DNA from: Tubiluchus corallicola
Taxonomy: Eukaryota > Animalia > Priapulida
NCBI GenBank assembly: GCA_030141605.1
Contig: JAQGDQ010000013.1
Span: 510,447 to 574,446 of the forward strand
Length of the DNA stretch: 64,000 nt
Direction of reading: 5' to 3'
The notes beneath the pieces were generated by a model. The model had not been told where the DNA came from, made no database searches, and saw only the letters and a list, made by a program, of their open reading frames with translations. A program made the position numbers and the translations under genes. Below are positions 27,535 through 40,534 of this stretch, piece by piece. Position 1 is the stretch's first letter, and the number at the start of each line of letters is the position of its first letter.

Positions 27535-28730
27535 AAGTCTATGTGACAATTTCTCACGTGCAAGTGACCAAGTGATAACAAAGAAATGTTTTAGGCTGCA
27601 GCCATTGTCGATTGTCATTTTTTGAGACATTTGTCCTTTTGACTCAAGAGTCAACAAAGTGATTACTGCCTCATAGTGTTCGTGCCATGTTACTATAAAA
27701 GAGCAACTTCGCTCAAGTGATGAACAAGATTCACATATCAATAGTGAATTGTTCACCTGTGCTTGCTATAGAAATACCTTTAGTGAAGTGTGTACTACAG
27801 CAAACAGCCTAAAGTGTATCGGCGTAGACCAGGCAAAGCATTCCGCCAGTGTTCCTTTGAAAAAGGCTTAAGCTCATTCCAGAACAAGCTGCTCTTGTTT
27901 AAATTTGCTCATTTGTTGTGTAAATCTGTATATATGCTTTCATAAAACCATTATGGTGTTGCAATAAGAAGCTTTCTACTAACTGTCGCAATGTGCTAAG
28001 ATTTTTTTTATAAACTTGTCGTAATTTTGTGAGCAAGGCTTTTAGAGTAAAGAAGAATCACATTTTTAAATTTTGTGTTCTCATGTAAATATACATTTTT
28101 ACCAGTTTGTAATTGCCGTGCCTTTTAAGAAGTTTGTGTAAATTGGTTAATCAAATGATGTGTTTTCTGTTTGTCCAGTTTTATCATGAGATGCAGTTGA
28201 TGGTTAAATAAATGAGACAAAATTGACTTGTGCTTGTTTCGCGCAATGCTGTAACATAGTTACGCATTGTGAGCAAAGTGCTGTAACAGTGGTCAGCCAT
28301 TTTTAATTATTTACCAACTGTAAGATTGTAAATATGATTATTTTGTAAGATACTTTTAAGGCTTTTATACGAAGAGCATTATGTTTAGACGACATTGTTA
28401 AGTTGTTATGCAAATATTTATTGACTTTATATAACTGTGGTAACAAAAAAATGAAAGGCCTTGGTAGTTTTGTAAAATTGTAAGCAGTATTTTGTTATAA
28501 TGTAACCCAATCGTTGCTTTTAGATACCGTATACGTAATCTTCCTGGGTCGTTGTGCAAATTTTACACGTACAATGCTGTACCACTTTTATACTACTTTT
28601 TTAGTAATTTTTACAAGCATAGCTTTTGTAGCTTGTTTATAATGTGAAAGATCAGCTGTACAAATTTGGCATTAAGATGTAATACGTTTCATAAACTACA
28701 ATTTACTAAATAAATGATATTTGCTAAACT
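27535..28730 (+). other. Probable Notch 3' UTR, candidate poly(A) signal AATAAA at 28709-28714
   Basis: U-rich non-coding sequence after the TAA stop; AATAAA near 28207 and 28709; the end position is inferred. Confidence 0.5.
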
Positions 28731-28946
28731 CTTTGCGTAGAGTAATTTGCATATTCAACAGATCTTTTTTAGGAACACACAAACACATAACTGTATCTGT
28801 GTATATAGCATTTTGTTTCATATTTTAGTACTATAAATCCTTTTGTTTGTATCAAAATGAAATATAATCTATAGTACTTTATTATCGTGTTGTGTATTTG
28901 ATCATTTATGCGATATTCAAAACCTTGCTAGTACTGTTCGTTTACA

Positions 28947-30554
28947 TCACACTTTCAACAATCGCCGCAATATTTTCCCACTTGGACTTTTTGGAATTTC
29001 GTCTACAAACTCGACACCACCTCTTAGGTTTTTGTATTGAGCAACATTCTCTTCCACAAATTCGATAATTTCGGCTGGTGTAACCGACTTTGTTTTAGGC
29101 ACAATGAATGCTTTTGGAAGCTCTCCAGCATATTCATCTGGGACTCCAACAACAGCTACATCAGCTACCCCTGGGTGAGCAGAGATTACCGATTCTAATT
29201 CAGCCGGTGGTACTTGAAAACCTTTATACTTTATCAGTTCCTTCAGACGATCATATACATAGAAGTCATTGTCGTTGTCATAGTGACCAATATCACCTGA
29301 ATGACACCATCCGTTAGTATCTACAGTTTGTTGAGTTGCCTCTGTGTTACCAATGTAACCTTTCATGACTTGTGGACCTCTGATCCAGATTTCACCTTTG
29401 CTGTTGGCAGGGAGTGGGTCTCCAGTTTGTGTGTCCACCACGAGCGCTTCTGTACTCGGAACCACACCACCTACACTTCCTATTTTTGTGGAGTTTTTAT
29501 TAGCTGCTAATCCTATAGGGCTGAGCTCTGTCATTCCCCATGCTTGCTGTAATATTTGTACACCCGGGAGCCTCCTGAATACAGCCTCCGTCAATTCTTT
29601 ACCCAGTGGAGCAGCTCCGCAAACAATTCTTTTCATAGAGGACAGATCGTAATTTGCTACCAACGGGTGCTTGGCCAGAAAGAGAATTAAAGGTGGTACC
29701 GCATACACAAATTGCAGGCTGTATCTCTGGATTGCTGCCAGAAAGCTTTCCGGTTCAAATTTTTGAAATTGAACAACCCCCGAACCAGTTTTGCATGTGA
29801 TCAGAGAGTTGACAGCACCATAGATGTGAGAATTGGGCATAACAAACAGTCGACGTTCATCTGGTTCAACATGCAGTAATGATGGATTAATATACTGGAA
29901 CAAATTTGCAATGAGATTGTGATGCGTTAACATCACTCCTTTTGGAAATCCCGTTGTTCCACTAGAGAATGGTAACATTGCTGTTTCTTTGTATACATCT
30001 AGCGATACCATCTCAAAGTTTTCCCCATTGTTATTCTCAAGTTCAGTTAGGGGTTTCCATCCGTGATACTCCCCAAACGTATACCTCTCTTTTATTTTCT
30101 GCTTGTTAACACACTGCTTTATGGCCTCGCTCAATTTCTCATTGTAAGTTGGATGCCCAATGACAAAAGAAGGATCCGATATGTTTAAATGATATTCCAA
30201 TTCTTTGCTAGTTAGTAAAGGATTATAAGCAGTGAGTATTCCACCCAGAGCAGCCACTGCCAACATGATGGGGGTATACTCAATCTCAGTTGGTGCTACA
30301 ATAGCAACCACATCTCCACGTGTGAATCCATCAGACCCCAATCCACTGCCATATTTCACCATCAGGTCACGAACATCCTGGAAGGTCAAAGTTCTACCGG
30401 TTGTTCCATCAGTAAATGCTTTTCTTTTGCCATGCTTTTCACAGTAAGATGTCAGCAGCTCACTCATGTTATTATACGCTGGTATACTCAGTGGAGGAAA
30501 TTCACTGTTAATGATGTATCCTCGGTAATCAGTGGAGGAACACAGACATCTCAT
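28947..30554 (-). CDS. 4-coumarate-CoA ligase-like / firefly-luciferase-like acyl-CoA synthetase (ANL superfamily), 535 aa, no intron in the CDS
   Basis: AMP-binding motif LPFSSGTTGFPKGVMLTH, plus GAAPL, GMTE, GEIWIRGPQVMKGY, SGDIG, DRLKELIKYKGFQVPPAELE and the terminal PKSPSGKILRR lysine. A TTTTTTTCAG acceptor lies 3 nt before the ATG, so an upstream exon exists. AATAAA on - at 28878-28883. Confidence 0.95.
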   Translation of the reverse strand: MRCLCSSTDYRGYIINSEFPPLSIPAYNNMSELLTSYCEKHGKRKAFTDGTTGRTLTFQDVRDLMVKYGSGLGSDGFTRGDVVAIVAPTEIEYTPIMLAVAALGGILTAYNPLLTSKELEYHLNISDPSFVIGHPTYNEKLSEAIKQCVNKQKIKERYTFGEYHGWKPLTELENNNGENFEMVSLDVYKETAMLPFSSGTTGFPKGVMLTHHNLIANLFQYINPSLLHVEPDERRLFVMPNSHIYGAVNSLITCKTGSGVVQFQKFEPESFLAAIQRYSLQFVYAVPPLILFLAKHPLVANYDLSSMKRIVCGAAPLGKELTEAVFRRLPGVQILQQAWGMTELSPIGLAANKNSTKIGSVGGVVPSTEALVVDTQTGDPLPANSKGEIWIRGPQVMKGYIGNTEATQQTVDTNGWCHSGDIGHYDNDNDFYVYDRLKELIKYKGFQVPPAELESVISAHPGVADVAVVGVPDEYAGELPKAFIVPKTKSVTPAEIIEFVEENVAQYKNLRGGVEFVDEIPKSPSGKILRRLLKV

Positions 30555-30582
30555 GAACTGAAAAAAAATGAAGAAAAGATTA

Positions 30583-30797
30583 AATGGCGTTTATCTAGCA
30601 CCCGGAATGCCTTATGCGTTATCCACCTGCGGCGCAGCTGAGGAAAACGCATTGACATCCGCAAGTTACATCAACACCATCTAACGTAGGTCAGATAAAC
30701 GGGTGCATTGAAAACAAATTAAACAATATAAACCGATTTTATCTATTCCGCACCCCCATAATGCACGTGGTCCGAAAGCTAACATAAACGCCACTTA
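30583..30797. mobile_element. Short palindromic MITE (Harbinger-like); second copy at ~31877-32068
   Basis: TGGCGTTTAT...ATAAACGCCA inverted ends; both copies share TCCACCTGCGG and TTGAAAACAA. Confidence 0.6.
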
Positions 30798-32225
30798 ATG
30801 TTACGGTAGACTTGAAGACCTATAAGGTGAAATTGGGCGGACTAATAGCTCCAGGTCAAATTTACCGGCAGTACCCTACACCAGGTACTAGTTACCCGTT
30901 AAAACTGTATAACCGTCTTTATACGTCAATAACTCACGGTTATAAACCAGAATTTATTTTTACTCACACAACTGTCATGCAGTATAATGTCATTTGTAAG
31001 TCCACGTAATGGCGTTTACGTGTGATTAGCTTTAGACTTGTTCACAGTTTAGATTTTGCATAAAATACTTTAAGAGGGTTGACGTGTGAATCCACTAATG
31101 CATAGTATTAATAGTAAAGGAAAGCTGTTTAAAATAGTGATGTAAGATCAAATCATTAATTAAATTACTAAATTAATAGAGATTAAATCCTTGGCGACGC
31201 TAGACTAAATTATCGTCTTGGCTAGAAGCCCAGTTTGGAGTGGCATATCACGTGATAATCAGCTGAGGTTCGACCGGCTGAGTCAGAAGTAAAGATAGGT
31301 GATGTAATTTTTATGCGCAGAAGCGCAGTGCGCATTATGTAGTTAGACAAAAGGAATTTGAGGCCTGCACCTCGGGCAGATTAGGAACTGTCTTGAAGAT
31401 GGAGGGCTAGCATTACTATCCTCTCATGTATACTGTGTTTGTGCTTGATATTTAATAAACGTGTAATTTGTTAAATAAAGTCTTGACAGTTTGCCATGCC
31501 CCTCGTGGCTGTTCCACACGCAATCTTCACGAGCCACAGTCACCAACACAGTAAACAATAATAACCAACAAGCAGCTATAGCCACTGTCATAAACAAACT
31601 TTAGTTCATCAGAAACAGCTATTATCTTACTTTAATAATAATAACGTAGATGTTATTGAAGTGTTATCAAAATGTGTGAATATACACAACTGTGTGTATT
31701 AAGGATAAATTAATTTTTACCTGAAAAAATAAATATAATCCATGTATGGAAGCTTATGTACTTTTACACACTGTAATTTAGATTTCCTGTGATGCTAAAA
31801 CACGATCATATTGAGTATCACTATGCATGATTGCAAAAGTCTAAATAAATTTCACAGAGAAACTAACAAAATCATTAAGTGGTGTTTATGTAGCATGCGG
31901 ATGCGTTTTCCACCTGCGGAAAGAAAGTCAATAGGAAATAGCTGCATAAAAAGAGTAACGCATACGCAGGCTGCGTAACGGGTGTGTTGAAAACAATATA
32001 CACCAATTTTACGCATTCCGCGTCCCCAAAACGCTTACGCATTCCGAATGCTACATAAACGCAACTTTAGTGTCATCTACCTCTTTCATGGACCGACGTG
32101 ATGACGTAATTCGTCTTATTGCGATTCGTCTTGCTGAGGAAAACATTACTGACAGCCAATAAAATATTGTAAGCTCAAGCGAAGCACCCCGAGGACTTTA
32201 ATAACTAAATAAACGGTTTAGAACG

Positions 32226-32585
32226 GTCAATACACACTACGCATTGCGTGCGTAAGACTTGCAATGAAGGTGCTTTTACGAATTTTCGCGAAGACGAGGC
32301 TAAGTAACCTGTAATTTTTGGTAGCCAAAGTAAAGCATACGTATAAATTGTCAATACACACTACGCATTACATGGTGCGGTTACGAACTTTCGCGAACAC
32401 GAGGCTAAGTAACCTTTAATTTTTGGTAGCCAAGGTAAAGCATACGTATAAGTCGTCAATACACACTACGCATTGCGTGCGTAAGACTTGCAATGAAGGT
32501 GCGGTTACGAACTTTCGCGAAGACGAGGCTAAGTAACCTGTAATTTTTTGTAGCCAAGGTAAAGCATACGTATAAATCGTCAATA
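32226..32585. repeat. ~125-bp tandem repeat, 3 copies (middle copy has an internal deletion)
   Basis: GTCAATACACACTACGCATT at ~32226, 32350 and 32455. Confidence 0.9.
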
Positions 32586-33459
32586 AACAGGTAAATGCCA
32601 GAAAAATGTCGACAAGGGATGGAAGAGCGAGGTAGAACTAGCGAACCACGACCAAAATTCAGGTTCAGAGTATAAACATTGTCTGTAATGAATCGACGAG
32701 GAAGTGGTCTCTACATTAGTGCCTAGAAACACACATGATATGAGGCAACCTAGGCACTAGGCCGGTAGAGAAAGATATTACGGATAAAATCGTTTGTTGG
32801 TGTATTTGCAATGAATGACTACTGGACGAATACAATAAACATACATGATGTTGCAGAATACATGCACAATCAGTTACATAGTTTTTACAATCATATAACA
32901 AGGATAAAAATAAAAGATCACGCGAATGATGCATTTATCAATTCGATTTAAATGATTAAAACACACAAAAGAGCTATTAGTGAATTACTAAATATACCTA
33001 CCATGTAAAAGAGGGCTTACTGAAAACAAAATGTGGCTTAATTTACTGTAATAAAATGACTGGCGAAACGTGAAAAGGGTAACTAAACTCGGTATAATAA
33101 TAGAAAAGCCTGGGGTTTCAGAGGAAAATAATTATTACTGGGAGTGCATACTGTACACTCAAACAATTTAAACTATATTATCGATCTTTTTACAAAATCT
33201 ACAGATCTCACTACTGACTGGCACTGAACGGTCACCGTCATAGTAATTATATAATTATGATTAAATATATCATATGATTATATTATGTGATTATTTATGA
33301 CTATGTGCTTAAAAACGTACCCGCCCACTATCAAAGCTTTTTACTGACATAAACGGGCAGCTTGGAATGAAACGACATGGTCTTTTCGACGTTCCGTCTC
33401 TTTTCTTTTTATCATGTTTGCTTTTGTTCATCTTTATCTTGTAAAAAATTACTGACAAA

Positions 33460-33494
33460 TTACTTACTTACTTACTTGCTTGCTTGCTTGCTTG

Positions 33495-33553
<59 letters not shown>

Positions 33554-33562
33554 GCTTACTTA
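33460..33562. repeat. (TTAC)n/(TTGC)n microsatellite
   Basis: Directly visible. Confidence 0.95.
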
Positions 33563-34292
33563 TTTGTCGACATCCCTACATTATTGCGCGCGCGAAAAGG
33601 CTGCATGGAATAAAAAGATTGAGAACCACTCTATGCCATGTGCACTATAATTACATTATGTTACAGTTCTTGCAAAAAATCTCGTAATAGTAATCCATTA
33701 GCTTTGAAGAATTCACAAAATAAAAAAAGCCCGCCGTTACCTTCTTTTTTATTTTGTTGTAGTAAAAAATTCTTGCTTTGAAAAATCATCCAATTGCGCA
33801 AATTTGTAAATTTTTTGGGAAGTTATAAAGGTTTTCCTATACGAATTATTAAGCCCCTCATACAAATATGCAAATTGAAACAAATTAAGCGTGAAGTGAA
33901 TTTACACAGCAACAAAATTCATTTTAGTTTGAGGGAGGCGTAACACCAATGGGGGCCATTTGTATTGCAGTTACTCTGAGAATAAAGACGCTATTCAAAA
34001 TATTTGACAAATAAAATAATCATGAATTCTCACATTTAGCCTAGAACCATGTCAGTCAAGCCCGATTTTAAGCGAAACTTGAAACATTAACAACTTGAAC
34101 AAATTATTGCACAAAATTTTGCCCAAGCTCTTCCCAAAGCCAGAAAAGAAGGAAATTATTATGCTTATGAGGGAAAGAAAGGGATAGGTCTGGTTGAACT
34201 GAGTGTCTGTTTGACAGTTCCCCACCCCATCTCCACATTGTTAGTGTAATTTACTGATTATAATTTCACTGTTTTTGTAGGATTCTATTAAG

Positions 34293-36182
34293 AAATACAA
34301 ATAAGACCAGGTTGGAATGACTTAGTTGCGGAAAAGCATAGGTACTCCCGGCAATGTTTTTTGAATTGGCGTCTGCAGGGCAAACCTCGTTTTGGTTCGC
34401 TAGCGGAAGAAAAGCGTCGTTCTTGCGCGCAGTTTAAATATGCTTTGCGCGAATGTAAGAGGCATGAACAGAGCATTGTACCTGATAAATTAGCCTATCG
34501 TCTGTTGCGTTGTGATTCTAAACATTCTGGAATGCAATGAAAAACAAACCAACTCCAAATTGCCTCTTCCATCTTGTATTGGAGAATTTCATGGAGAAAG
34601 TGACGTTCGTAGTATGTGGGGAGAGGAATATAGAAATCTTTTTTAATTCTGTAGACAATGCCTATTTGTCTGATAAGTTACAGCAAACGCCCAATGCTAA
34701 TATTGAGGCTGTACCTAATTTTTCTGTAATGGAAATTCACAATACTATGCGTAGCCTCTCTGCGCATAAATCTGCAGGACTAGACGGCATGCAGGCAGAA
34801 CATTTTATGTATGCATTGATATTGTTGCCAATACTCCTGTCTCTATTTTTTAATTCACGGTTAAGTCAAGGTCGTACTTCTCCCTTTAGCTAAAGACAAG
34901 AATGGTGATATAACAAACAGACTTATAGCATTGTCAACCATTGCTAGCAAAGTCATAGAAACCTTACTGCTGAATCGTTACAAAAATCTTATTCCTGCAA
35001 CCAATTTGGCTATGTCGAGAAAGTACAGAAATTTGTATAGACACTTTAAAAGAAATTATTGATTGCTACATAACACGAAATAGTTCTGTTCATATCGTTT
35101 TTATAAACGCGTCTAAAGCGTTTGACAGAGTAAATTACTTTAAGCTTTTCTTAAATTCGACTAAAACTACTTTTCCAAACATTGCTATTCGTCTACTCGT
35201 ATACTATTATATGAATCAAAGTATGCTTGTTAGATGGAGTCGCATCCATTCTAAAATTTTCAGCATAAGAATGGGGTACGTCACAGCGACAGAATGTCTC
35301 CAGTTTTTTTCAACTTCTATTTCTGAGACTTAAGTGCTAAATTGTCACGCGCTCAGCTTGGATGTAATAATGCTAATACGATTATTTAATCATTTAATTT
35401 ACACAGATGACGTATGTTTATTAGCGACAACTACTACAGCACTTCAGCGCCTACTTGATGTATATGCTTCTTATGCTGACAGTTTTGATATAAAGATGAA
35501 TGTAGAAAAGACAAAATTAATGTCTATCAGTTCAAAGGAAATGCAAACTTTTGTTTACGGCAAAATTAAACTTAAAAAATAATTATTTGAAGAACTGTAA
35601 TGCAGAAAATATTTGGGACACGTTATTTCAAGTGAAAATAATGATGACCTTGATATAATTAATCAACGATCTCTGTATTATTGCCGTAGTAATAAACTTA
35701 TCAGAAAATTTGGAAATTGCTCAGTTAATGTAAAAATTTGTTTATTTAATGCATATTGCAATAGCTTTTACTGTATGACCACTTGGAGACATTTAATTTA
35801 TACAACATCAGAAAACTCAGGGCTGCTCACAATATTTCAAAACGTAAATTTTTTAATTATGAATATGATTACAGTGCTCGGTCTCTAAGTTTTACAGTTT
35901 GGTGTAACTTATTTTGACGTTATCTATAGGAAATGTATTTAATGGTAATACTAATGTTATATGCCAAAGTTTACTTCATAGTCACGTAAAATTTACGTCG
36001 CATATCAGACGCCATTGGTGGAACTTACTATTAACTGTATAATTGTTGTATACATCTCTGTGTATTAATTTGGTGTGTGAATGTGTGTGTGTGTGTTTTT
36101 GTTTCTTGTTGTAAATATGAAAATGTTTTATGCTATGAACCTTTGGTTTGAAATAAAAAGCAAAATCAAATCAAAATCAAAA
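34293..36182 (+). mobile_element. Decayed, 5'-truncated non-LTR retrotransposon (RTE-X-like RT)
   Basis: Broken frames give PGWNDLVAEKH..FLNWRLQGKPRFG, KSAGLDGMQAEH, ASKAFDRVN, HLIYTDDVCLL, LFNAYCNSFYCMTTW. 3' end has AATAAA and an (AAATC)n tail. TATTAAG flanks both sides (34286-34292, 36183-36189) as a likely TSD. Confidence 0.9.
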
Positions 36183-36698
36183 TATTAAGTATAGTGTCTC
36201 GTACTCAATCTATAGATTTTTTGTTAATTTTGATATACATAAAATACACATTAACACTGTACTGAGTAAATTGTCCAGTCTCCCAGTTTGAAGCTTTTCC
36301 TCGGATTGACATCTCTGCGTGATTCCTCGCCTGACTAACTCCCTTGCATAATTATAGCCCCTAAATAGACTAAAACTTAACACGCAAGGATATGAAAAAA
36401 ACACAAAACACAAAATTTGGTGGGCGTACTTTGATTTTTACCCTTCGTGTACGCAATGTTTGAGAGCAGTCAACTAAGTGCAAGTTTTCAAGAGCATCCC
36501 CTGTTTAAGAATGGTAGAGTAATCAGACTCATTTTTCGTCTGCTAAGTCGTCAATTCTGTTTTCACTCAGTAGATGTCGCACAATATGGAATTTGTGAAT
36601 AAGTTTTAGTAGAGCGCGGCGTTATTTCATCTACAGATACACGTCAGGCATTTAGAGGTTCTTACCTCACTAAATGACTAATGTTCGTAGTTATTAAC

Positions 36699-39600
36699 AT
36701 GGCGGTGTACCATCAGTTGCTTTTAAGACTTCTGCTACTCCTTTTTGCGGCATGTTCCACCACTTTTAGTGATGGTGTTCATAATAAAATTTATTATGAT
36801 TTTACTGGCAAAGCTGCTTGCGTTCGATTACTAAATTCTACCCATCAAATAGGATGTCAATCGTCTCGAAAAGGAAACGTGGGCGTGCTTTTTTTGGTAA
36901 AATGTATTTTCAGTGTTCTTTTAAAAAATTGGTTCATTTTTCTGCACGACTGCAGGTATAATAAAGCAAACTATCTGCATTTTAACGTAGCGAAGATCTG
37001 TGAAATCGTTACTGCTAATACGCTGATAGACTGTACGTAGTAACAACCTAAAAATTGAATAATAGAAGAACGTAACGACTGCATAAATTATTTTTAAGTG
37101 CGTTTGTTGAGTGATCACAGCGTGTGGTTGGTGTCACAAGTTAAAGTTAGCCAGTAAGTGGATGGGGAGAAAAGTAACTGCCAGGTTTAGTGTTCACTGT
37201 GGGTGGTTTTATCTTCATACTGATTTTGGCTGTTTAATGAGTAAGGGATGTATTATTCACATCCGTACATGGACGAGATACCTCTGCTGGTGTGTTACTT
37301 TAGAATGGTGTCATAAAATAGTGAACCAAAGTTTGGTTTTGCTACAAGTCCTGTCATTGAGTACTGAATTTCGGCTTGTATTGCGCCAAAGTGTACAAAA
37401 ACGTCTTGTGGAACAGTTCTTTTAGGAATCAGTTGCATTTAGCAGTTATATTTACAGCAGTATTTACATTGTCACATTTGTCTGTTACATCGTTATTTTA
37501 ATTTAAGTGGTGCAGTTGTAGTTTAGAAAATAATTATTGTTACTATGGACTTGGTAGAAGTCAAACATGCTGAAAAAGACGAATGTGACTGTGTAGTGAA
37601 ACTTCATATGAATTGCCAACAATCAACACTTGAATAGCCATTAGAAGCTTCAGTAATTTTGTTAATACACTAATAATTCTTAATTGTCAAAAATTAGTGA
37701 AAGTGATCATGATAGGCCGGAATTTAATCCTTACAGCCAATGTAGTAATTAGGAACTTATAGCCTGTGATGATCAGTGGGGTAGAGTAGTCTGCTAGTTA
37801 TGTTCACCTTATACATGAAAGTTGCTTGGCTTTGTGCCAACTTTTCATGTCGTCTTTCGGACAAGTTTGGTTAAAAAATATAATCATCTGTGTTCATTCT
37901 ATTATTAATAATAACATCTAAATTAAAGTTATGACAAGCTAATTTGCTGTTTCTAATTTTTACTGCTTTTTTGATGCAGGTGAGAAATGAAACAGATCTA
38001 AAACTGATTAGTGATTCACCTCATAAGCCGTACACTGCAATAGTACCATCAGCTTTCTTCAAATTATCAACGCTCAAAGCATTAAATGAATCAGACAAAG
38101 TAAACGGAGTACTCGTGATTGAAGCAAACAATTCATACATTCCTTACAAGCGGCCAGACATGTTCTCGGCAGATTACAGTTGCCCCAATAATCGCTATGA
38201 CATGTACAGAAAATTAGCTCAGGAAAAGTACGGCAACTGTCAAGTTGTGCAATGGAACAATCCATATGGAGATGGCATACACTTTTATGACTGGCACATA
38301 CCTATATTTGTTTTAACTAATTCCACAGAGATTGCTTCTTTGATCGACTGTTACAACAACTTCAATTTACCGGTTGGGGGCAAGTCGCCGGATTGGCCAC
38401 TTTGTTCAGCACATTTAGGAGACAGAATGAACGCTGCCGTAAACTCCGAGACATGCTTACGGAGGCACTCCCTTGGTGCCAATATGTTGCGGTTTAGCCC
38501 TGGTTACTGTGATCCACTCGGTGATCGAAACATCTGGGCTGCATTAACGCCAATGAGTAAATCAAATCCTCCGACTAAAAACTCTGTTATTGTTGTAGCG
38601 GCACGCATGGACGCATTTAGCATGTTTGATAAATTATATCCAGGTGCCAACTCGGCTGTCACAGGTATTGTTACTGTACTAGCGGCAGCTGAGGCACTTA
38701 GTAAATACAAGCATCAGTTAACTGCTAAGAACATCTTATTTACTTTTTTCCAAGGAGAAGCTTTCGACTATATTGGATCAAGTCGAATGGTATATGATAT
38801 GAGAAATGACGCATTTCCAAATAAGTTAGTCGACGCCATGTCAGAACAGACCGCGCTGATTAATTTGGAGCACATTTCCACTATTGTAGAGGTAAGTCAA
38901 ATTGGTAAAATTGACTTACAAAAGAAAATTGTATGGGCTCACACTGATCCAATAACAACTAAAGATAGTCCTGTGGTTAATGCTTCAGTCACTAATATTG
39001 TAAGTTTGCTAAAACAGTATGCTAAGGAAGTGAATCTAGCGGTGAGTGAGCCGTCTGAATCGCAGCCTTTACCACCTGCTTCAACACAGAGTTTTTTGAA
39101 GTTTGCGCAGCACATAGCTGGAGTTGTATTAGCTGATCATGAAAGTTCGTACACTAATAAATTCTACAATAGCCGATTGGACACCGCAGAAAATATCGAA
39201 TTGAGGTTTGAAGATGACAGTTACGATACAGTTACTGAGCAAAGTAGAAGGCTTACCGATGTTGCAACTGTCTTAGCACGTACATTGTACTCTTTGGCTT
39301 TGGACAATAGTACAGCAGCTAGCAGCATTTCAGCCGATGTCAAAACGGTTACACACCTGCTGTATTGTTTTCTTTATAAAAACAATTGCGAGTTACTACG
39401 AACTGTGGTGGAGCCAGATCAGGGTGATAAATTGCGCAATGGCTCTTCGTCTTTCTACGTAACTGTAAGCAGCGTTATAAACCAACACACCATATTTGTC
39501 CGTAATCTGCTAGCATATTTTCTTGGCGACAGAACTCCAGTTGAAAGCAAAGACGAATGTAAACAAGACAAATCCCAACAACTGTTTACCTATTTATTTA

Positions 39601-39905
39601 TGAGAGGCCCGAAACCGAATGGGACGACGCAGCATTATTGCGTAAAGAGTTCAACTAATTTTTCACATGCTACCTATGCCGTTATTGATGATTTAGAATC
39701 CTATAATTTCTCTTCAAACGAGTATCCCATCTGGACGGAAAGCGTGTGGTCTACATTTACTGTAAGAATATTTCTGCAACCCAGCTGGCAGCATGAAGTT
39801 ATGACATTGTCTGCAGGTTTAGTCGTTCTTGCGATTGCCGCACCATTTGTGTATATTGTACAGAAAAATTTGGACACCCTTTTTACCCCACGTTCAGACA
39901 GATAG
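36699..39905 (+). CDS. NCSTN: Nicastrin (gamma-secretase subunit), 2 exons: 36699-36896 and 37980-39905, ~707 aa
   Basis: Signal peptide, then CVRLLNSTHQIGCQS, GEAFDYIGSSRMVYDM (DYIGS motif), PLPPAS, WTESVW and a C-terminal TM. Phase-0 intron TTG|gtaaaa...tgcag|GTG. An in-frame upstream ATG exists at 36681. Confidence 0.97.
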
Positions 39906-40534
39906 GACATGATTAGAATTCACGTTACTAGCCAATTACTCGTACTGTGATTTTACTTTCTTGTATATAATTTAATGTCGTTCCTGATTTTCTGTAAATC
40001 TGTAACTTATTCTAGATTGTGTACTATATACGTATCTTTCATGATTTTGCGCTAATGTGAAGTTAATGCATTTAGTGCTGTATAAGACAGACTCTAGAGA
40101 AAATGTCGGACCAGAAGAACTTGAGTCTTAAATAACCCCAAATTTTTTCTTTTTATCAACCAGATGCTTGCTTAGAACTGCTTCGTTATAATGTTTGTAA
40201 ATATTTGTATAATTAAATTTAATTAGTCCACTCTTGGTGCTGTATGATACAATAATTTGTGTAAATAACAGAGATAATATAGATATCCAGGGGTAATAGA
40301 AACTGTTGTTGCATTATATTAAACTTGTTTGTGGTGATGACTTACTTAGGCAGTAGGCTGGCCGATTCTTATAGATATGAAATCGATCAAGAACATCGGT
40401 CTGTCCAGTAAAATGACATAAAACGTAACTTTACATTAAGAACAAAATCAGTGGTGATTACACTACTGTTTGTGCGTGTACCGCAATGTCATAATGTGTG
40501 CACTGGTGTCCAAAACAGCACAAAGCAAAGGCTT

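Noticed and set aside
24605-27756. Antisense and alternate-frame ORFs over Notch exons (also over the 4CL-like and nicastrin genes)
   Set aside because: Shadow ORFs of real coding sequence with no recognisable motifs.
31138-31560. Possible solo LTR (TG start, AATAAA signals, CA end)
   Set aside because: No convincing TSD, PBS or second copy in the window.
31712-31735. TTTTTTCAG|GTAAAA on -, resembling a recursive splice site upstream of the 4CL-like gene
   Set aside because: The intron is short and the motif is equally explained as an ordinary UTR-exon boundary; cannot be supported without RNA data.
33377-33687. LLTY-repeat ORFs
   Set aside because: Translations of the (TTAC)n microsatellite.
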